A stretch of DNA of 63,993 nucleotides, filler included, from Trichomonas gallinae (GCA_008369845.1; 6 parts of 6 records of this genome joined end to end with filler, not necessarily neighbours in it), one strand, 5' to 3'. Positions 51,556 through 62,258 are shown, counted from the whole stretch's first letter. A program made the numbers and translations. Notes: generated from the letters alone by a model not told the origin.

Positions 51556-54447
51556 ATGTCCGATTTTCCGAAGAGTTTTCACGCACTTTGCAAAGAGATT
51601 GAAAAGTGCAAGGATGACACATGGAAGCTGGAGAATGAGCTGCAGATCAAGATGAACAATTTCTTGTCGGATGAAGGAAAAAAAACTATCGAAGTTGATT
51701 CAATAGAAAAAAGCGATGTAAAATATTTGTCCAAGACTATTATTAACGAAAAGTCCAATGAGAAATTGCGTAAATGCAGCTTCTTAATCTTATTACGAAT
51801 ATTATTGGAAACATCAAAAGACAAAAAATGCAATGAAATAAAGGATTATATAAAGAAATCTGCTCCAATTACATTCAATGCTGAAAATGCCAGTATTCCG
51901 ATTATTCAGACTATCATGAAATATCAAAACAACGAAAACGCTTTCAAACGCGGATTGGATCTATTACAAACTATATATGGTATCAAGGAAAAGGAATTTT
52001 TCCCGAAATTCCCCACAACTCAATCAGAGAAGATTCCAATTCATTTAGAATACAATGGAGGCTTCAGGAAGATGATTATTGATCAAGGCTGGTCTGCAAC
52101 AAGCACAAGATTCATATCGCTCGTATCTGCCACGTTTGGTGTTCAGCCACAGCAAATAAAGATCGATCCACATGGAAATAACAAGTTAAAGGAAAACCAA
52201 GTTGTTTCTGTTATCATACAAGACAATAATATGATAAATGTACCAAAAATGCCAGTTATATGTCAAAAATCGGATGAAAAAAAGATTATTTCAGCGTCAA
52301 CTGCTACTCCAATCTCCACATTAATTGATGTCATCAACCATGTATTCGATATCAATACGCCATGCTGTTATTGCTTAAAGGGAAACAGATCAATCGATAT
52401 CACGCAAAAAGATGTTTTGTGCGGCATCGGATATAACCGTGGAGATGTCATTGAAATCATTGACCTATTCGATGAATCAAATAGCAATAAAATTATGATC
52501 GAATTTATTCAATTATTATTGCACTTCATCGACAATAAGCAAATGAAGGAGACAGTCATATCCATACTGAAAAGAAATAATGTACAAGATGCAGTCCGTC
52601 GCGAAATCAAAGATATGAAAACATTTCTTCATTCATTTCTTACAAAATCATCAGCTGAGATTATGTTTTACCTTAACATAATCCTTGAAGATAAAAATTG
52701 GAAATATGAGTTCATTAGGAGACATGGATATAATCGCATCGTTGATCTCATTCTCAAAAACGGAAAAATTGATGATCAGTTGGAGAAAATGCTCATTGAA
52801 ATACTTAAAGAAAAAGAAAATGTTCAATACAAGCTGAGAAATATTTTGGTTTTATTATATTCTCTGAAAAGGTTCGAACCTGCAAGAATCTTGCTCAGTA
52901 AAGCGGTCTATGAAAACGCAGATTACTTCTTGCCAGAACCAGTCGTCTTGGTGAAATTATTGGAAAGCTATTCATCAAAAGAGAGGCAGAAATTCATGAA
53001 TTCCATCAAAGGTCAAAAGAACGAGACTAATTACTTCCTTCGGGTCTCAAAATCCAATCATTCGAAAATTTTTGCCTCAATGCAGAATGATTCGTATATC
53101 GAAAAGCTCAACCTGCTTTCTAACTCTCAAGAAGCCAAGAAACTTTATGATGAAATCACATCAAACTCCAATCTTTCGTTTATATTCATCGAGAGCATCT
53201 TTAATGATTGCAAGCAGAATATTACAAAGTTTGCTAGTAAATTGGTTTTCCCTATGATTCTCAAAGACGAATCATTCAGCATAGGAATAAGCATCATCCA
53301 AAAAATCGTGAAATCGCTGGGCGATGACATGGACATAAATAATTTGCTGAATCAATTCTGCGATTTCGTTCATGACAAATTTTTATTTAACCAAATTTTC
53401 TATAAAAATGGACAAAGCGATAAGAAAAACTCCGTCTTAGCATGTATCCTTGAAATCATTGAACCGAGATTCATGAAAGCTCAGATCTTTAGTGATGCAT
53501 GTTATAAAGACCTTTCTAATATTTTATATGATTACATCAATCGATATATGAAATTCGATTACAACGCAGCAGCAATTCTCAACATTCTTTTAAATTTCCC
53601 ACCAGATATTATTACCTCGATTAATACACAATTACCACAAGCTGTTGAAAATGAGGAAGAAAGTGTCAGCAGCATTGATGATGATGACGACGACCTTGAA
53701 AATATGGCAAATGAGCTTGATCAAGCTGTTTGTTTGGCATTTGATTCTCCAGAATTGATTTTCCCATTCCTTGATAAAGTTGAGCAAAAAGTCAAATCAA
53801 ATCCCAAATATCTCAAATTGTACGATTTGAATTTCGTGATGCTTCTTCTATTGGAGAAATGCATCAATGAAGGCCCGCAGAAGCTCAAGGAAGTAGTAGA
53901 TCCTGCGAAAAAGAATAATGTCGATCTGAAAATCCTCAAAATTACAAACGTTTTCGAGAACATTGATGATATTCACTCTTTTGTCGAAGAAAATGATGAC
54001 ATGCCATTATACGGTTGGCCGCTTTTATTCTTCAGAATTCTCTTGACACACAAAGATAACAATGACGACGAAAATTATATCGAAACAATGCATACATGCC
54101 TTTTGAAGATGAAAGAGTCCAGAAAATTATTCACTGGCATGATTTGCCCTTGCGTTTTAAGATTGTATGAGTCAAACAAACTACAACCAATCATCATTCC
54201 AAGCGTTCCAATGATGGACAAGAATGTCCAAGACAAGTTTATTACTGATCACGAGGTTGAAATTGTTAAATCTATTCACGATGTCATCATGTATGGAGAT
54301 AAATTCACAGTTAGTGCAAGCATTGTTTATTACAAGAATATCTTATTGAAGATTTGGGAGAATACAACTGATAAGGAAGCTATTCGTCAAATAATGACTG
54401 AGATGGTAAATAAGATGCCAAACGAATTTCGCAACATCAAACTCTGA
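51556..54447 (+). CDS. Hypothetical protein (~963 aa) with two ubiquitin-like segments and helical repeats; possible degenerate USP relative
   Basis: First ATG at 51556. Two beta-grasp-like stretches (..GIGYNRGDVIEII); KNGQSDKKNSVLACIL resembles a Cys-less USP Cys-box. Confidence 0.7.
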   Translation: MSDFPKSFHALCKEIEKCKDDTWKLENELQIKMNNFLSDEGKKTIEVDSIEKSDVKYLSKTIINEKSNEKLRKCSFLILLRILLETSKDKKCNEIKDYIKKSAPITFNAENASIPIIQTIMKYQNNENAFKRGLDLLQTIYGIKEKEFFPKFPTTQSEKIPIHLEYNGGFRKMIIDQGWSATSTRFISLVSATFGVQPQQIKIDPHGNNKLKENQVVSVIIQDNNMINVPKMPVICQKSDEKKIISASTATPISTLIDVINHVFDINTPCCYCLKGNRSIDITQKDVLCGIGYNRGDVIEIIDLFDESNSNKIMIEFIQLLLHFIDNKQMKETVISILKRNNVQDAVRREIKDMKTFLHSFLTKSSAEIMFYLNIILEDKNWKYEFIRRHGYNRIVDLILKNGKIDDQLEKMLIEILKEKENVQYKLRNILVLLYSLKRFEPARILLSKAVYENADYFLPEPVVLVKLLESYSSKERQKFMNSIKGQKNETNYFLRVSKSNHSKIFASMQNDSYIEKLNLLSNSQEAKKLYDEITSNSNLSFIFIESIFNDCKQNITKFASKLVFPMILKDESFSIGISIIQKIVKSLGDDMDINNLLNQFCDFVHDKFLFNQIFYKNGQSDKKNSVLACILEIIEPRFMKAQIFSDACYKDLSNILYDYINRYMKFDYNAAAILNILLNFPPDIITSINTQLPQAVENEEESVSSIDDDDDDLENMANELDQAVCLAFDSPELIFPFLDKVEQKVKSNPKYLKLYDLNFVMLLLLEKCINEGPQKLKEVVDPAKKNNVDLKILKITNVFENIDDIHSFVEENDDMPLYGWPLLFFRILLTHKDNNDDENYIETMHTCLLKMKESRKLFTGMICPCVLRLYESNKLQPIIIPSVPMMDKNVQDKFITDHEVEIVKSIHDVIMYGDKFTVSASIVYYKNILLKIWENTTDKEAIRQIMTEMVNKMPNEFRNIKL

Positions 54448-55019
54448 TTTAATATTTAGAAAAAAAAAAAATCAGAATTCCATTTACATCAATATGAACA
54501 CAATGTAACGCAATACTCTAAGCATATGTTATAGAATATTGCGTTCTAATTACACATTTCAAATTTGATGTGTTCAAAATTGTCAAAAATTCATCGGGTT
54601 AATGTTCAACTTCTATCGATTTAAGTGATTGGAACTGAACTATCTTAATAGTTATAGATGAAGGTATACTATACATCCTAATATAACTAGAGAAATTAAC
54701 ACTTGTTTATTTGATATTTTTGTAAAAAAAAGCAATATTAATAGCATATCTGTCACAAGTAAATCCTCATTTTTTTATCATCTCTTCGGTATTTTCATGA
54801 GTGTCAACGATCCATCAAAATGCATGAAAATTAGAATTGATAATTTTTTACCTCAGATTGAAAATAATCATATGATTTAAAAATTGAGTGATGCACTAAA
54901 ATGACAATAATTAGATGTCTTTTGACATATTTACAATTTACGTGTCATAAGTTTCTCAAAATTTGGCAATTTGACACTTTACATCCGATAACATCAAATG
55001 TTATGTCACATTTTTTTGG

Positions 55020-58000
55020 ATGGAGGAGAAATTTCGGCATAAAATGCAGGAAATTGTTCCCATTGCTCCTCCTTTTTTGATCAAAAAGAAAGATACAATC
55101 GATTTCATACGGGGATTATTGTCGTTTTACACCCAATCTTCTTTTGATCTGACTTTAAACGTCGATTATGAAAAAATACTGAAAGAGCCGACTCCTCCTG
55201 AACGGAAAAAGTTCAAACAGCAACAAACAAATCCTATTCGATTCTTAACAACAGCTAAAGACTGTATGGTTTTCGACTTTTTAGAAAAAAATCCACAAAT
55301 TTGCCCAATTGCTACAACTTTCTTTCCAGCATCCAAATTCTGCTCGATCTTGAAACCGTTTGCCAACAGTTCTTTCATTTCATTTACATTAAATAGCGAA
55401 TGCACAGAATTACTTGAATATGCATTATTTAACATAGAAACAGCTAAGAAAAAGAAAAATGCACGTGTTCCACAAGCTATTGTACAAATTAAATCAAATC
55501 AAACACGTTCAGTTTTTGAACTCGATTTTACAAAGGATAGATACGTCGCAAAGAGTGAATTCAACATTCGTTTGCTTTCTTGTTCAACATCTTTTGCAGC
55601 AGATTCACAATGCTGCTACATTGGCCAATTAAATTCAAGAATTCAAGTTATTCCGTTTCCAATGAAGAAATTTAGCATTTCTCCATATTCAATACCAGTA
55701 CAACTATATCCAGATGAAGATTTCTCTCTTTGCATGATCGATTCTAAGCTTTACGCGATCAGCGACGATTTTGTTTTAATTATCAATCCAGTTACGAATT
55801 CATATGCTTCTGTTGCAAACCATGAACCTTTATTAAGACCACCAATGTGTTCGGATAACCATTACGTCTATTGCCACAAGAAAAAGAATATTTCGATATT
55901 TGATCCTCAAGGATTAGTGATGACACACATTCATTCATTGAGATTGCAAACGCAGACAGACATAGGTGACTGCCCGATGATGACTGACGGCACAACAATA
56001 GTTTTCTTCTGGAAAGATAAAATTTATACTTTTTCATTAGCCACTGGTGCGGAACTTTCAGTAGTTGACAACAAGATTCCAGTAAAAGCAGCAACAATGA
56101 ACCCATTTATCGGTAAATTCGCTTTTCTCACAGACACAGAAGTAATGAGCTCAGATACACACGAATATTTACCTGCTTGGATGAAAGGAACATTTTTCCC
56201 TAATAATGATGATTCTATAATCGAAAGTCTGCTGATCTGCAATTTCCACAATGTGCCAAGATTCACTTCCGGTGAACCACAGTTTGCTTTTTCGATCCTC
56301 AAAAAGTTTGTCATGGAGAGGAACGAGCGCGGAATTGCAATGATTTTGCCAACACTGATGTGGATGCCTTCACTTTTGAATCAAACTGTTACAACGTTAG
56401 ATGCGATTTTCAACGAAGTTTCTAACGAAATGAAGAACCAGATCGTCTTCTTCTACTGCTTCGCGTCAGTTAAAGGCGCCTGTACATCAGCTCTTTTCAT
56501 CACACAGAATTATTTGATGACTCATCATTCGCCTTTCCTTATCTATGCTTTCCCAACACTTTTTGACTTCACAAAGATGAACATCAAACCGCAAGCTGCG
56601 AACAAGATGATGCATTTTGTTATAGAGACATGGGACTTCTTCTCCAACAGGGCTTTGTTCTTCGTCAATACTTTTTTGAAGAGATATATAGAAAATGGTG
56701 ACACAAACGAATTCTTTATCGTCTGGGAATCAATTGATCACATGATAAAGAAAATTGTCACAAATGTTAATGACATCTTAAAATATCCTAAGCAACTAAG
56801 TGTCTTCTATTCATCTACATCAATGAGAGTCTGGAATGAACTTCTTTTATTCTTGTATGATCATCAAGATTCTTGGTCCGCCTACGGAGAAGTTTACATC
56901 AGTGTTTTATCTTTCTCAATTGCTCCTCCTAAGACAATGGACACAGTAATTCTCGGAATGTTCCACAGAACATTCTATCTTCTGCTATGCATGATTTTCA
57001 CGCAGCCGAAAATTGTTCCTTTCGAAAAATTCACAGTTCAAAAATTATGCGAAAAATATCCAAGTCCTTTCGATAAAATCAACACAAATAACGACGAAAA
57101 TCTCGTTCATTTATTAAATAACATGTATGATTACACAAACGACGATGACTATGCTGCTGTTTATCACAAAGCAAGAAACTTTTTGATCATCAATCCTAAA
57201 AATAACAGATTTTTGGCAGACCAAAAAATTGACAAAAATTCACATATATACTCCAAAGGTTTAGTGGAATACCTCAATACAGGATTAGTACATAATATCA
57301 GGATATTAAATAACGAGAAATTGTTAACAATGTTTCTCGCGAAATTCGATTATTCCATAACAGAATTAACGCCACATCATCAACTCATTATATCTCTCTT
57401 CTGGAAGAACTACGAAACAATGAAGCAACAGTTAATGGTTCATCCTTTCGTGAAAAATTTCATTAAATTAATAATCTATCCTTTCTTCTTACCAGAAGAA
57501 GTCTTGCTTAAATTCGAATACGCGCCAAATGATTTGAGAAAATATCCAGTTGAATTATTCGAATATTTCAAGAATATAAATCTCACAAAATTCAAATACT
57601 TAACAAACATTGAGCGCTTAGTCAATCCACTAACAGATCCAATCGTCAAAAAAGACTATTCCATTTTCACTTCAACACTCTCAGAACCCGAATTATTCAA
57701 GAATACAATGCTCGCTTATATCGCGATTGACAGCGGATTTGATTTGGACGTCTCAAAGTTAACGCAGTTGTTCAAATATTTAGTCTTGTATGGATCTCCA
57801 AGGGTTGTCAGAGTTGCTTTAATAATTGCAGGCAGATTGATGAAAGACTGCGAAAACACTGTCAATTTTGTCAAGTTTTGTTTGATGATCGTTAACGAAT
57901 TTTTGACAGATCTCAAAACTAGATTTGTTTTCACCAACAATTATAACACTGTTCAAGCAATTTTTGTTATCATCAATTTCGTCAAGAAATGTTTCAACAA

Positions 58001-60221
58001 GTCTGAAATGCTTAGAGGCTTCATCCTTGCAAATCTCAAAGTTTACACTTTGGCCGTTTGGTCAGTCATCAACAATTCAATTGATGCGATCAGAGAAGGT
58101 GTCAAAATTCAATGCTCACTTCCTTCTTTGGTTTATATCAGTGGAACAGTTAAAGACTGCAACATTAAAGAAGGAAATGCAACAGTTTTGGTAGATGGTA
58201 GTGAAATGGAAATCAATCTCAATCGTTGCACTGATTTATTCACGACTCCTGAAACAATTATCGACATAAATATGATCAGCGACATTCAACAAATTCTTCC
58301 GTTCTTGAACAAGAAGTATAATGAATACAGAACAGATATATTCAGAATTGCGGTTATTTTGGAATTGGTTAAAAGTGAAAAATTCAGGAAAATTATTGTC
58401 GAAAATATTGACACAAACTTCCTCAACAACTCATTTACATCTGGATATTTGCACGCTTATTCTTTCCAGAACTATTTCACGAATATATCAATGGCTTCTT
58501 GCTTGGATAACAATTTTGGATTTTCGGCTGAAAAATCACCAAATATCAACAGTTCCAAAGGAGTTTTAATAGCGAATGAGACACCAGTTGTCTTTACATC
58601 AGCAGCAATTCATCCAAGATCTGCTTTCGAGATGAAATTATATTCACCAAATTCATCGCAAAAGTCAGAAATCGTCATCAACATATACGCTGAATCCGAT
58701 TATCCTTCTGCCTTCTTAACATATAATAAGACAGTCAAAATCGGCAAGAATGAAATATTAATGATAAGAACAGTTCCAGAACAAGGTTTGTTCGAAGTTG
58801 GTTCTACTTTAATCGAATTATCTTCGTCAATCTCAAAGATTTATTTAGTCTTCAATCTGTCTGAAGGTGCAACACTTAAATACTCAGTAAATATTGACCC
58901 AACAATTATAACAATGAGAAACCAGCAAACAGGAAATTCATTAAGAATATTTAGCCAGCCAGTCAACTTCTCTCCGCCACAAACAAGGCCATATTGTGTT
59001 TCTAAGGCAGAAGAATCTGCTCAAGAAATGATCCACAGAATGAATCAAAAGATTTCTTCAATATTATTACAAGAAGATTTGATTGATTTCTCAATAGTAG
59101 AATTAATACACGCATTGACACTTGCCAATCCTTATCCAATGGAATCTTCGCTGACTGATTTTGCACATGAAATCGGTTTCGAATCATTTTATGATACATT
59201 CTTGAAATCAGTTTTACAAATCATTGATTTTGACGAATTCTTCGAAACATTTGAAGAAATTGTTGATAATATCGAACTACTTAATGCGAATCCATCTAAT
59301 AGAAGCATTTTGAATGTCAATGAATTGGATACAATCAAGAATCAAAACGTTTTCGTTTTATCTCCGAAAGAATTCTATTTGACAACAGTAAAATCAGAAA
59401 CAACACAAATTAACAGAGAATCCATTATCATCCCGCACAACTCTTTCCACGGAACATATATAGATTATCTTATAATGGCAAAGCATCTTTTGATTAAATC
59501 AATATCAGAAGGCAGACTTAAAGAAACATTAAAACTTGTCAAGAAACTTGATTATAAGCCAGAAATCTTTTCTTTGTTAAACTCAGAAAGCAGGATATTG
59601 ATGGAATGGTATCCAGTACAAGAAAACGACATAAAAGAGATATTCGGAAACACAGTAGATATCCATCAAACATTGGCTGAAGTCACGAAGTGGAAGAATT
59701 TTTACACATATGAATTATTCTTTGCTCCTGCTTTGCTGGAGATTGATTTCTCGCCAGAAGTCATCGAATTCGCTAAGAACTGTTTCAAAGAACAGCCGCA
59801 GTTTTATGATTTCAAATCAAATAAATTAGGCGATTATTCGAAGCCGTCATATGAAAGAATTGATTTCTTGTCAAAATTCAAATTCAACGTTTATCAAGTT
59901 ATTGACAAAAATGCGAATGTTTTCAACAACGGCGAGTCAACGAATATCAACAAGTTCATTTTTGACAACGATGTCAATAAATGCCTCTTTGAGGCATTCT
60001 TTAACAAGAACACGAAATTCACTTGCATGCTTTTGGAGAAAATCGCTAAAATGGACAATGATGACGACAATATTATTGTATTCCATAGCGATGATGCTGA
60101 TAAAATCACAAACAACAGAAAGGAATCTTACATAATTGTTGGAAAATTCGAAAACTACAATAAATTCGAATCATGCATGCTAAGATATATCCAACAACAA
60201 GCACATATCTTATTTGTTTAA
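55020..60221 (+). CDS. Large hypothetical protein (1733 aa): beta-propeller-like N-terminal region, helical middle
   Basis: Uninterrupted ORF; repeated short beta-strand motifs (SDNHYVY, TDGTTIVF, YTFSLATG). Confidence 0.8.
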   Translation: MEEKFRHKMQEIVPIAPPFLIKKKDTIDFIRGLLSFYTQSSFDLTLNVDYEKILKEPTPPERKKFKQQQTNPIRFLTTAKDCMVFDFLEKNPQICPIATTFFPASKFCSILKPFANSSFISFTLNSECTELLEYALFNIETAKKKKNARVPQAIVQIKSNQTRSVFELDFTKDRYVAKSEFNIRLLSCSTSFAADSQCCYIGQLNSRIQVIPFPMKKFSISPYSIPVQLYPDEDFSLCMIDSKLYAISDDFVLIINPVTNSYASVANHEPLLRPPMCSDNHYVYCHKKKNISIFDPQGLVMTHIHSLRLQTQTDIGDCPMMTDGTTIVFFWKDKIYTFSLATGAELSVVDNKIPVKAATMNPFIGKFAFLTDTEVMSSDTHEYLPAWMKGTFFPNNDDSIIESLLICNFHNVPRFTSGEPQFAFSILKKFVMERNERGIAMILPTLMWMPSLLNQTVTTLDAIFNEVSNEMKNQIVFFYCFASVKGACTSALFITQNYLMTHHSPFLIYAFPTLFDFTKMNIKPQAANKMMHFVIETWDFFSNRALFFVNTFLKRYIENGDTNEFFIVWESIDHMIKKIVTNVNDILKYPKQLSVFYSSTSMRVWNELLLFLYDHQDSWSAYGEVYISVLSFSIAPPKTMDTVILGMFHRTFYLLLCMIFTQPKIVPFEKFTVQKLCEKYPSPFDKINTNNDENLVHLLNNMYDYTNDDDYAAVYHKARNFLIINPKNNRFLADQKIDKNSHIYSKGLVEYLNTGLVHNIRILNNEKLLTMFLAKFDYSITELTPHHQLIISLFWKNYETMKQQLMVHPFVKNFIKLIIYPFFLPEEVLLKFEYAPNDLRKYPVELFEYFKNINLTKFKYLTNIERLVNPLTDPIVKKDYSIFTSTLSEPELFKNTMLAYIAIDSGFDLDVSKLTQLFKYLVLYGSPRVVRVALIIAGRLMKDCENTVNFVKFCLMIVNEFLTDLKTRFVFTNNYNTVQAIFVIINFVKKCFNKSEMLRGFILANLKVYTLAVWSVINNSIDAIREGVKIQCSLPSLVYISGTVKDCNIKEGNATVLVDGSEMEINLNRCTDLFTTPETIIDINMISDIQQILPFLNKKYNEYRTDIFRIAVILELVKSEKFRKIIVENIDTNFLNNSFTSGYLHAYSFQNYFTNISMASCLDNNFGFSAEKSPNINSSKGVLIANETPVVFTSAAIHPRSAFEMKLYSPNSSQKSEIVINIYAESDYPSAFLTYNKTVKIGKNEILMIRTVPEQGLFEVGSTLIELSSSISKIYLVFNLSEGATLKYSVNIDPTIITMRNQQTGNSLRIFSQPVNFSPPQTRPYCVSKAEESAQEMIHRMNQKISSILLQEDLIDFSIVELIHALTLANPYPMESSLTDFAHEIGFESFYDTFLKSVLQIIDFDEFFETFEEIVDNIELLNANPSNRSILNVNELDTIKNQNVFVLSPKEFYLTTVKSETTQINRESIIIPHNSFHGTYIDYLIMAKHLLIKSISEGRLKETLKLVKKLDYKPEIFSLLNSESRILMEWYPVQENDIKEIFGNTVDIHQTLAEVTKWKNFYTYELFFAPALLEIDFSPEVIEFAKNCFKEQPQFYDFKSNKLGDYSKPSYERIDFLSKFKFNVYQVIDKNANVFNNGESTNINKFIFDNDVNKCLFEAFFNKNTKFTCMLLEKIAKMDNDDDNIIVFHSDDADKITNNRKESYIIVGKFENYNKFESCMLRYIQQQAHILFV

Positions 60222-60317
60222 ATAAAAATGTTTTTTATGTTTTTTAGTAAAACTAATCGTTTTTAATCAATAGGTTTTGATACCTGGTCTTCTTCCAAGG
60301 GGCCTTGAGTTTTAATG

Positions 60318-60337
60318 AAAAACAACAACAACAACAA

Positions 60338-60369
<32 letters not shown>
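60318..60369 (+). repeat. (CAA)6 microsatellite running into poly(A) at the contig end
   Basis: AAAAACAACAACAACAACAACAA followed by about 30 A. Confidence 0.85.
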
Positions 60370-60371
<2 letters not shown>

Positions 60372-60378
60372 AAATTTT

Positions 60379-60478
60379 NNNNNNNNNNNNNNNNNNNNNN
60401 NNNNNNNNNNNNNNNNNNNNNNTTAATTAATTAANNNNNNNNNNNNNNNNNNNNNNNNNNNNNNNNNNNNNNNNNNNN
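60379..60478. other. Artificial contig spacer
   Basis: N44-TTAATTAATTAA-N44. Confidence 0.97.
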
Positions 60479-60735
60479 TGACACGTAAACTATACGATTT
60501 GAACATTTCGCGGTGGGGCGGCGTAGTCGCCACAGTGCGAAATGTTAATTACTAACTATTTAACATGCGGATGCACTAATGATCATCTCAAACATGTAGC
60601 ACAAAATAATACATGCTAGTATATATACTATAGCGCATATACTACATAGTTGCATTAGTTGAATCAGTGCTACTCGTTAGTGTGTTGAGATACATTATAG
60701 AATAAGGTTCCAAAAGCTCCGGAGCCCACCCTTAA
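60479..60735. mobile_element. Putative right end of a TTAA-flanked (Kolobok-like) DNA element
   Basis: Ends ...GAGCCCACCC|TTAA (60722-60735), lies at a contig edge, and contains the GC-rich hairpin. Confidence 0.35.
60502..60546. other. GC-rich hairpin
   Basis: Perfect 10-bp stem AACATTTCGC/GCGAAATGTT enclosing an inner GGCGGC/GTCGCC stem with a GTA loop. Confidence 0.8.
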
Positions 60736-60795
60736 AAAAGCAAGCGATGTAAAAATTGTTTCAAAATTATTATAAGAAATGGACAAAGAAATAGT

Positions 60796-62199
60796 TTAGT
60801 CTATTATATTTTTATATTGTCTCACTCGCATTTCACACCTCCTTAGTTTTCTGACAACCCAGCTTTCGAAATCATTCAGGTCAGAATAGATTGCATCTGG
60901 ATTATTCTGGTCTGGTGTAATTGATGCTTTTATTATTTTGATCGTGTTGTAGTCATTGACAGTTGTATTCACCAAAGCACCAGAGAGATCCCCACCGTTC
61001 ATATTGTGCATGACTGCCAAAACTAAAATAAAGTATGAAGAAGCATAATATGCGCAGTCAAAATTCAATGACCTTTGCACAGGAATACTATTCAGTTCCA
61101 CGCATGCATAGTTGTTTGTCTTGAAATATTTTGATGACATTTGGAAGTCTGGTACTAATTTTGCACTATCAAAATAGTAAATTGTACGATCTCCTTGAAT
61201 TAATGAAAACGCGACGAAATGACCAAATTCACACATTTCATATAAATTAAAGCATGCTTTGCAACAGCAACAGCATGGCTCGCATAATGGTATTTTGCAG
61301 CAGCAGCAGCAACAACAACAGTAGCAGTCGCAGCCGCAGTTGGATGAAATCCAATTTGATAATTTATCGAACCAAGGGCAGTATTCGCGCAAGCATCTGC
61401 ATCCTGACTCATTGCATGTGCATGTTCGACATTCATCTAACATTTTTTCGCATTTCCATGCAACATTAACGCAAAATATGCCAGTGAATGAGTTATATGG
61501 GAAGAGTGGACCATTGAAGGTAATCAGTGTCTTCAATTTCAGATTGCTCAAATCATTGTCGCTGACAATGGTGATTAATGGATTGATAAAATGTGCGTCT
61601 TCAATGCTGTAACAAATAGATAATAATGATTTTTGTTGCTGTATTTGTTCGATCCATCTTTGACGAAGGTCGGCATCGAGTGATAAGTATATATTTATAT
61701 TTATCTGTAGCTCTGTGATGCTTTCTGGGAGATCGTATCTAATGTATGGGAATGCCTGGCTTCTACCATAGAAGGGTTGGTAATCTCTCAAGTAACGCCT
61801 TACATCCTGAAGTTCGTTGTTTAATGTATTTCCGAAAATAGGATTGTCGCATTGAATAACATCTAGGTTTGTTCCTGAATCAAACCTCTGTATAATCCTT
61901 TTGCATTGATTATTATCAAAAGCTAGATAAGAGCCAATGATTGACGAAACTAGATGCAAGTTAACAAATAAAGGAAGTGTTGCTGCATATATTTGCCCCA
62001 TTGCACAATTTTCCCTGTCTGAGATCAGTCCTTGAATAAGATCTGCAGAATTATCTTCAAACAGGATGGAAGTAAATAATTCCTGGGTGATGTTAATTTG
62101 AACTTTAACTTCCTTGCCAGCTTGAGTTCGCGATGTTTTTAAGAAATATCCGTTTTCGTTATCTGTATAATTAAAATTGATGTTCAGCCTGCTGCTCAT
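60796..62199 (-). CDS. Clan CE (Ulp1/adenain-like) cysteine protease with a cysteine-string insertion (467 aa)
   Basis: Order His-Asp-Gln-Cys: FGHFVAF (His 61219-61221), IYYFDS (Asp 61168-61170), PVQRSLNFDCAYY (Cys 61054-61056). 26 Cys lie between 61231 and 61452. Confidence 0.7.
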   Translation of the reverse strand: MSSRLNINFNYTDNENGYFLKTSRTQAGKEVKVQINITQELFTSILFEDNSADLIQGLISDRENCAMGQIYAATLPLFVNLHLVSSIIGSYLAFDNNQCKRIIQRFDSGTNLDVIQCDNPIFGNTLNNELQDVRRYLRDYQPFYGRSQAFPYIRYDLPESITELQININIYLSLDADLRQRWIEQIQQQKSLLSICYSIEDAHFINPLITIVSDNDLSNLKLKTLITFNGPLFPYNSFTGIFCVNVAWKCEKMLDECRTCTCNESGCRCLREYCPWFDKLSNWISSNCGCDCYCCCCCCCCKIPLCEPCCCCCKACFNLYEMCEFGHFVAFSLIQGDRTIYYFDSAKLVPDFQMSSKYFKTNNYACVELNSIPVQRSLNFDCAYYASSYFILVLAVMHNMNGGDLSGALVNTTVNDYNTIKIIKASITPDQNNPDAIYSDLNDFESWVVRKLRRCEMRVRQYKNIID

Positions 62200-62258
62200 T
62201 TGTGTTGTGAAGTCAAGTTGCTATCTCAAAAAATTGTGAGTCAGAAAATCCGTATAGT

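Noticed and set aside
376..61612. Numerous 60-170 aa ORFs antisense to or overlapping long genes (e.g. 12953-13393, 45666-46136, 50804-51304)
   Set aside because: Shadow frames of real CDSs with no recognisable motifs; many start at TTG/GTG.
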